Assembly: GCF_004010195.1 (NCBI RefSeq)
Contig: NC_057727.1
Location: forward strand, 63,327,243-63,391,242
Source: Chiloscyllium plagiosum
Taxonomy: Eukaryota
Direction of reading: 5' to 3'
DNA: 64,000 nucleotides
Positions 52,501 through 61,500 of this stretch are shown piece by piece (the stretch's first letter is position 1; each line of letters begins with the position of its first letter). Under the pieces are notes generated by a model that made no database searches, was not told the origin of the DNA, and was given only the letters and a program-made list of their open reading frames with translations. The position numbers were made by a program, and so were the translations under genes.

Positions 52501-55500
52501 ACCAGATATCAGATAGGTGTCATTTTCATCAAGTTTCAAGAAGGGTTTCTCTCTGTCAGGTCTGGTGAGTTTTTCTCATGTCATTATTCCAAAATCACTT
52601 CATTAACTAGGGACTGCATCCCTATGACATCATTCTCAACCTATGCTGGTTGGATCCTCCCACCCACCATAGGAGTAAGTATTTGTAGCTACCGGGATAC
52701 CTGGCACTTGCACCAGCCGTGCATCCAGGGGCTGGCATCCGGAACTGCCCTTTACCATTAATGTAGTGGCACGTGGCCACAAAGCAATGCCTCTCACAGT
52801 GAGTAGTTGGCACAGCTGACAATGTCCTGCATGTACAACTGCACAGACCTAGTCTTGGCATGTTTAAGCTCCAGGCCACACAGTTTACCCATCCTTAGCT
52901 ACATGCCATCTTACAACTCTCAGTGTTTCTTTCTCTCTCAGTGCCCGCTGTAATCCAGCATCTTTTCGTTGTTCACTGTGGACTATTATATGTAGGAAAG
53001 CCTTCAAACTGTTCATCTTTATTTGCTAAAACCCAATGTGAACATGAGACACACAAGCAGAAACTGTCTTTGGAACAGCAATACAGTGCTTGCATGTTGA
53101 GTACTGACAGTTTGATAATCAGTGAGTGATCCCTGCACCCATCTCGTATTTACTGAAATTGGGTGTCAGTTACCTCCTGTCTGACTTGTAGCATCCAGCC
53201 TTCCTGGGCCCTGTCATGGTGAAGGTGAATGTCATTATTCTCCTCATTAGAAGACTGCTCCCACACTCTCAGCTCATCAGTCTCCACCACGCCCACCTTT
53301 GTACTTGCTCCATTTGTACAAAGTGCGAACGCTAAGATTATACAGCACACTCTGTTCAGGCTGTGCTGTAAGTACTCTACCATCCCAACTATATCTTCAG
53401 GAGACTAATCATCTCCTTGATGACTGTGGTCAATGATTGGACTGCACTCTGTCAACAGTCCACCTCAGTTTGGGGGTTTCATAGACACATAGAAGCATAG
53501 AAGATAGGACTAATGTGAGGCTATTTGACCTTCCAAGCCTGCTTGGTCATTCATTATGATCTTTACCTAGGGACTGCATCCCTATGACATCATTCTCAAC
53601 CTATGCTGGTTGGATTCTCCCACTTACCATAGGAGTATTTGTACTTACCGGGATACCTGGCACTCACACCAGCCATTTTGAGGGTGAGACCATGTGACCC
53701 TTCAAACCTGCTCGGTCATTCATTATGATCTCACTCTAATCTCATTCTCCCTCCAAATCTCTTGATCCTTTCAGCTACATCTTTCTCCTTCTTGAAAACA
53801 CGTAATGCTTTGGCCTCAGTCACTATCTGTGGAAGTGAACTCCAGAGGCTCACCACTCTCAAGGTGAAGACATTTCTCCGTATCTCAGTCCTACCACTTA
53901 TCCTTAAACCATGACTCTCTGGTTGAATAATAGAGTGACCAGCCATGTTTGTAGAAGGTAGTCCAGGAACCATCCTGGCAATTGTGACTCCTAACTGGGC
54001 CAGTGTGCTGGAAATGAACAGCTTGCTATTCCTGGAGTTATCGCAAAACTTAAAGAACTCAAAAGTACATGAAACCTGTCTAATTATCTGTCCTTTAGAC
54101 CCAGTTTGTCAGAAAGCAAGGGCCAGGCTTCTGTACTCAAAACACTTGATTCTAATGATCGATAAGCAATTTTGTACTATCCATGTTACTAGTTAAAACT
54201 TTAATGTACTGCTTAAACACCCCCATTGCACAAACAAACACAGGCTAAAACTATGGGTATAATACACGGAGGGAAAGACTGCGAAGGCAGTGGTCCCTGT
54301 CCACAGGGCTTGCCACGGTTACCCTTACACTTATCAGAATGCTGCTTCCTGACCTTCCTCATCTGGATACATTCACTTGCTTGCAGGAGGCAGAGGGTGA
54401 CTGCTTCACACTCAGAAAGATTACTTATTAATTTTGCAGCCACTGGAGAGGGAAAATGAGCAGAGTTCCCGCAGGCTTGAGATACGTTTGACAGCACGGC
54501 AGAAACAACTCCCTGTACTCCAGAGATCTGAAAGAGCCACTCCCACATCAGTTCAATGCAGCTGTCACCATGACGACCACTGGGAGAGAATGGCCATCAT
54601 CTCCCTTGAGTCACAGGTTCCTGTGTCTATAGTTGGTGTAATTCAGTGACAGGCTGTGCCTGACCGATCCAAAGGGAAGGGCAGTGAGGATGGTAGACTC
54701 TGACCCACCCCTCCTGTATCTCCTGAGGGAACCTCTCCCTGTCCAACAGCTGCTGGGAGCTTTCTGTTGGCCTTGGGTTTGCTGACACACCTATTGCTCC
54801 TTTGTTCCTTTGTTCCTTTGTTACAACCCAACAGTGGGCCCTGCTGTGCCTGATATATTGCTCGCATTTCCAGTGAACCTGTGTAGGCAATGTTAGAAAC
54901 AGAACAAGTAATGACAGTAATGAGAGCAGCCTTCCACACTCAAAAGGGCCACTTTACATGATGCTCCATACAGTGGGACATAGAGACGCTCATGGAATGC
55001 TACATGACACTTTGCATTGCACTTTATTGAAATAAAAGCACCATTAAACACGTCCTAAATATACAGTAACAGACTGCATGTGCTTTCATCGATGAAAGCA
55101 TTGAGTATAGGAGTTGGGACATCATATTGCAGCTGTATAAGACATTGATAAGGTCACATTTGGAGTACTGTGTGCAGTTCTAGTCACCCTATTATAGAAA
55201 GGATATTATTAAACTACAAAGAGTGCAGAAAATATTTACCAGGATGTTACCTGGACTAGAAGGTCTGAGTTATAAGAAGAGGCTGGAAAAGCTGGGACTT
55301 TTTTCTCTAGACCATCGGGGAATGAGGAGTAACCTTACAGAGGGCTATAAAATCATGTCATGATTTGGAGATGCCGGAGTTGGACTGAGTGTACAAAGTT
55401 AAAAATCTCACAACACCAGGTCGATGACAACTACCTGATAAAGGAATAGCGCTCCAAAAGCTAGTGCTTCCAAATAAACCTGTTGGACTATAACCTGGTG

Positions 55501-58500
55501 TTGTGAGATTTTTAACTAGATAAGGTAGATAGTCCAAAACTTTTCCCCATGGTAGGGGACTCTAAAAACTAGAGGGCAGTGGTTTAAGGTGAGAGCAGAG
55601 AGATACGAAGGGTCCAGGGGGCAATTTGTTTCCACACAGAGGGTGGTTAGTGTCTGGACCAGGTTCCCGGAGAGAGTGGTGGAGGCAAATATAATTTAGT
55701 CATTTAAGAAACATTTGGACAAGTACATGGATGGAAAAGGTATGGAGGGATATCGACCAAACGCAGGCAAATGGGACTATATTAATCATGAAAACTAGAC
55801 GGCATGGGACAGGTTGGGCCGAAGGGCCTGTTTACATGCTTTAACCTTCTATGACTCTATGATTGTGGGTACTGAACACTGTTCCTCCAAGCTCCACATC
55901 ATCCACAAAAGGCATTATTGTAGAAACACTGTGTTGTATTCGATTTATAGGTCAAGGTAAGAGGAAGCAGTTCCATGCCCTTCTGCAGCCAATGAGACCT
56001 TGAATTGTTTTTGTGAATTGCCTGTGATTACTAATGCTTCATGGAAAGGACTATCTTCAATCTGCAATGACCAATGACATGGTCGAGATTACTTGTGATT
56101 TGGATCTCACACAGTTGGAAACTGCCTGGATTTCACATACACAATACTCTGACACTGCCTGTATTTCTCACACCCCATACTCGACACTGCCTGGATTTCA
56201 TGCACAATACTTTGACACTGCCTGTATTTCACACAGACCATACTCAACACTGCCTGTATTTCATGCACAATACTCTGACACTGCCTGTATTTCACACACA
56301 CCATGCTCTGACACTGCCTGTATTTCATACACAACGCTGTGACGCAGCCTGTATTTCACCCACACATGATGTCTGACACTGCTTGTATTTCACATGCTCC
56401 ATGCTTTGACACTGCTTGTATTTCACACACACCACAGACTAACACTGCCTGGATTTCACACACACCAAGCTCTGACACTGCCTGTGTTTCTCTCACACAC
56501 ACACACACGCATGCTTTGACATAGCTTGTATTTCACACACACTAAGCACTGACACTGCCTGTATTTTACACACAATGCTTGACACAGCCTGTATTTCTCT
56601 CTCTCACACGCACACATGCATGCGTTGACACAGCTTGTATTTCGCACACACAAAATGCCTGACACTGCCTGTATGTACACGTACACAATGCCTGACACTG
56701 CCTTTATTTCACACACACAATGCTTGACACAGTCTGTATTTCTATCTCTCACACATACACCCACATCATGCTTTAACACAGCTTGCATTTCACACACACA
56801 CAATGCCTTACACTGCCAGTATTTCATCTATACCATGCTCTGACACTGCCTGTATTTCACACACACCACACAGTAACACTGTCTGGATTTCATGCACACC
56901 AAGCACTGACACTGCCTGTATTTCTCACACACAATCATGCATACGTTGACACAGCTTGTATTTCACATACACACAATATCTGACAGTGCCTGTATTTGCA
57001 CCTACACAATGCCTGACCCTGCCAATATTTCACACACACACAATGCTTGACACTGTCTGTATTTCACACTCACCCACAACACACACATGCTTTGATACTG
57101 CTCGTTTGTCACACATAATGCATGACACTGCCTGTATTTTCTCTCACACGCACACACACAATGCCTGACATTGCCTGTATTTCACACACACAAACAATGC
57201 CTGACACTGCTTGTATTTCACACACGCACACACAAAGCTCTGACACTGCCTGTATTTCACACACACAATGCTTGACACAGCCTGTGTATATCTCTCTCTC
57301 TCACACACACATACATGACTGCTCTGACACAGTTGTATTTCACACACACATAATGCCTGACATTTACTGTATTTTACATAGACACAATACCTAACACTGC
57401 CTATATTTCACACACACACACAATGCCTGACACTGCCTGTATTTCATACACACAATGCTTGACACAGGCCGACATTTCACACGCACACACATGCATGCTT
57501 TGACACTGCTTGTATTTCACACACACATAATCCTTGACACCGTCTGTATTTCACACACACATACACATAATGCCTGACACTGCTTGTATTTCACACAACG
57601 CAATCCCTGACACTGCCAATATTTTACACACACCATGCTCTGTCTCTGCCTGTATTTCACACGCTCCGTGCTTTGACACTGCCTGTAGTTCACATACACC
57701 ACGCTCTAACCCTGCCCCAATTTTATGCACACCATTCTCTGACACTGCCTGTATTCCATACACAATGCTGTGACACTGCTGGGTGTTCATGTGCACTGTA
57801 CTCTGACTCTGTTATATTTCACGCACAATGTGCTCTGATGATTTCCACCATAACCCGTCAAGTGATAATTGATGCAATGGCCTTTGTAGGGGTTTCTCTG
57901 ATCATTCAGACATTGAGCTCACATCTTAATCCAGAAAAGAAATCACTGACTTTGCCCACATTATGTATGGACGCCGCTATTTTCCAATCACGGTGTGTAG
58001 TTCGGAAAGAATATTTTATGGGAGGTGAAGCAAGTTGAGTTGGATGTTGTGAGTAATAGGCTCAGCCTAGCTATCTGGTTCCCTCCTCACCCTGAACCTC
58101 CATCTCCCTGTCTACCTGGAACTCTCTGGAGAGGCCATCACAACTGTCCCACCCCTTCCAATGTTCCAACTCCCCTGCTGCATTTATGACTGTAACTCTC
58201 ATTCTTAGCTCTAACACCCTGCTCCTCAAGTTTAATCCTGCCCAAGCACCGTGACCACTTCCCCCATTGTGTGCCTTGCCACCCATACTCACCCTTCCCC
58301 ACTTGCAAACACTACCAGTTCCCCACTTTAGCACTTCGCTGTCCTTGTCCCTTCAGTATTCCAGAGTGCTGCCTTCATTGGCCAACATTAAGTCCCCTCG
58401 CTGCCCCATCACAACAGTGTCCTTTGATACACCCCCCCACCCCTTCTTGATGTACATTGAGCTGGTTCCCCAGGACTGATCCCACACCATCCCTTCCCCA

Positions 58501-61500
58501 AACCCAGACTGACTCCATACTGACATGGCCAGACAGATCCAACTGAATTCTGACCAGACTCTGAGTGACCAGGCTCTGACTGGACACACTCTGACTGAAG
58601 GCTGACCAGGCTCTGACTGGCCATGCCCTGACTACGAAACCCTGACAGAAAGCTGACCAGGCCCTGACTGACCAGGCCTTGACTGAAGGCTGATCAGGCC
58701 CTCACTGACCATACCCTGACTGACCAGGCCCTGACTGACCAGGCCTTGACTGAAGGCTGACCAGGCCCTGACTGAATGCTGACCAGGCCCTGACTGACCA
58801 GCCCTGACTCAAGACTGACCATGGCCTGCCCACTCTCCAATCAGAATCCTGGCTGAAAATCCATGAATCCTGCTGACTGCCTGCACTTGGACCTGCAAGA
58901 CTGACTGTGGTCCAATCCTGTGATTGGATTGAGGCAGAGCCCCTGACCCTGACTCCCCAGCATATATGACTGAGAATTGCGCAAGCCCCTGGACTGTGAG
59001 AGGATACTGGCCTTGACTGACTATACACCCGGTCTCATTACAGTACACCCAGCCTGGGCATAACTGAGGACTGCTCCCACTTTGAGTTTGAGACATGGCC
59101 ACTCAGTAGTGTCCATGTAATGTGTTTGCTGTGTTTGTTGATGCCACATGACAGTGATAGTGTGAGCACAGTGCCATACAGCACCATGTCCAGTCCTTTG
59201 ACTGATCACTACTGACAACCAGGACTTGAGTCTCCATGAAACAGAAAGGCAAGACAGAGTTTAAGTCTGACTGAGGGCATAACGTGCAAAAAGGCAAGGC
59301 AAGGATCTTGTGATCTAACTGAATGTAAAGTGAGTGAGTGATAAGGGAGTGTGCGAGCCACCCTATAATACAGCCTGCCCCAGTCTGTGGGCCAGCTGCC
59401 AGTCTCTGTGTGGACAGTGTCTTTGAGGCAGTATTACATTGGGAGGTGCTGGGGCAGTATTAAGATGCAGGAGCATACCACATATGGATCAGAGATGTGC
59501 CATGAGGGTTCACTGACGCTGGTATACATTGGATGCCAGTGTTCATGGATATGAGGTCATACAATCACAGAGCTGTACAGCACAGAAACAGACCCTTCTG
59601 TGCAACTCATCCATACTGATCTGAAATACTAAATTAATCTAGTCCCATTTGTCAGCATTTGGCCCATATCCTTCTAAACCCTTCCAATTCATATACCCAT
59701 CCAGATGTCTTTTAAATGTTGCAATTGTACCCACCTCCACCACTTCCTCTGGCAGCTCCTTCCATACACGCAGCACCCTTTGCGTGAAAAAGTTTAGATC
59801 TTATCCCTCTCACCTTAAACCTATGCCCTCTAGTTTTGGACTCCCCTACCCTGGAAAAAGACCTTGACTATTCACCCTGTCCATGCCCCTCATGATTTTA
59901 TTAATCTCTATAAGGCCACCCCTCAGTCTCCGACATTCCAGGGAAAATAACCCTAACCTGTTCAACCTCTCCCTAAATCTCTCCCTCTCCTACCCTGGCA
60001 ACATCCTTGTAAATTATTTCTGAAACATTTCAAGTTTCACAACATCTTTCCGATAGCACGGAGACCAGAATTGGACATTGTATTCCAAAAGTAGCCTAAC
60101 CAATGTCCTGTACAGCCGCAACATGACCTCCCAACATCTGTACTCAATATTCTGACCAATAAAGGAAAGCATACCAAACGCCTTTTTCACTATTTTGTCT
60201 ACCTGTGACTCCACTTTCAAGGAACTATGAACCTGCACTCCAAGGTTTCATTGTTTGACAACACTCCCAAGGACTTTGCTAATACGTGTATCAGTCCTGT
60301 CTCATTTGCCCTACCAATATACAGCACCTCACATTCACAGTGTGGATGGACACAACACAGGAGACTTGAGCAACTATTTTCCAAGATGAAGGGACAGAGA
60401 AGTAAGCAGTGAGATGGAGTCATCAGGTACTAGCTCTGACTTTCACGTCGGGCGTTGTCACTGTTTTTATCCAGCAGGATGAATACGATACTGGGATTAA
60501 GGTGAGATTAACCGTTAATGAGCAATGAGCCTTGATAACACAAGCCACATTGTTGTCACTCAGTTGTGGCAATTTCTCTCCAGAACCAGGACTTGGTTGG
60601 AAAGTGTGATAGTGTTGAGAGTGTGTTGCTGGAAAAGCACAGCAAGTCAGGCAGCATCCGAGGCCTCATCCCTGATGAAGGGCGCCAGCCCGATTTTCCT
60701 GCTCCTCGGATGCTGCCTGACCTGCTGCGCTTTTCCAGCAACACACTCTCAACTCTGATCTCCAGCATCTGCAGACCTCACTGTGTCCTGGAAAGTGTGA
60801 TACTTTGGTCTTTATATTTAACTTTTTATCTGATAATCAAGGACCTTTTTCAACATCTCACAGGGCTGGGAAGATTCTGCTGCCTGAATATGCCTGTCCC
60901 AAAGTGAGGTTGGGAATACATTCTCCTCAGCTTACAAACATTTCTCAAAGCTCACAGAAAGCTAAAAATCAAGAGTGAAATCTCTTACCTCCTGGAGTTT
61001 GAAACTGGACTCCACACTTTTCATCTGGGACATCTTGTACAAGCAGATTAATTTGTTCAATGCGACGGTCCGTATTAAACGTATTGATGGTTACAGTGAG
61101 GATGTATATGGGAATCCATTCAAAATCCAAGTATACTGGGTCATTTAGATATATCTGAAGCAGACAGTAGTTTTAGAAAGTTGCGGGACTGATGAACATT
61201 GACAGATTCAAAGCAAGTCTTGTACCAGGTTCTGAACAATGACTCGGGGTGAGCAATAAATAGCACCTCGCTGTTTCCTGAGAATGAATTTTAAAAGCTA
61301 CAGACCAATTGTTCAAAGACACCTTTATACCAGATGTTCCCTATGATGTGGAACTGAGTCCAATGTACAGCAAAGACCTAGCAATGAGTTCCTTTCAGAC
61401 TCCTGAGTACATTCAAACCAAATATTGAGGGATTTCTAGTCTAGTGTCTATAACGCAGAGTGTGAATTTTCTTTAGCCTGGTCTGGTACAGAAACCAAAG

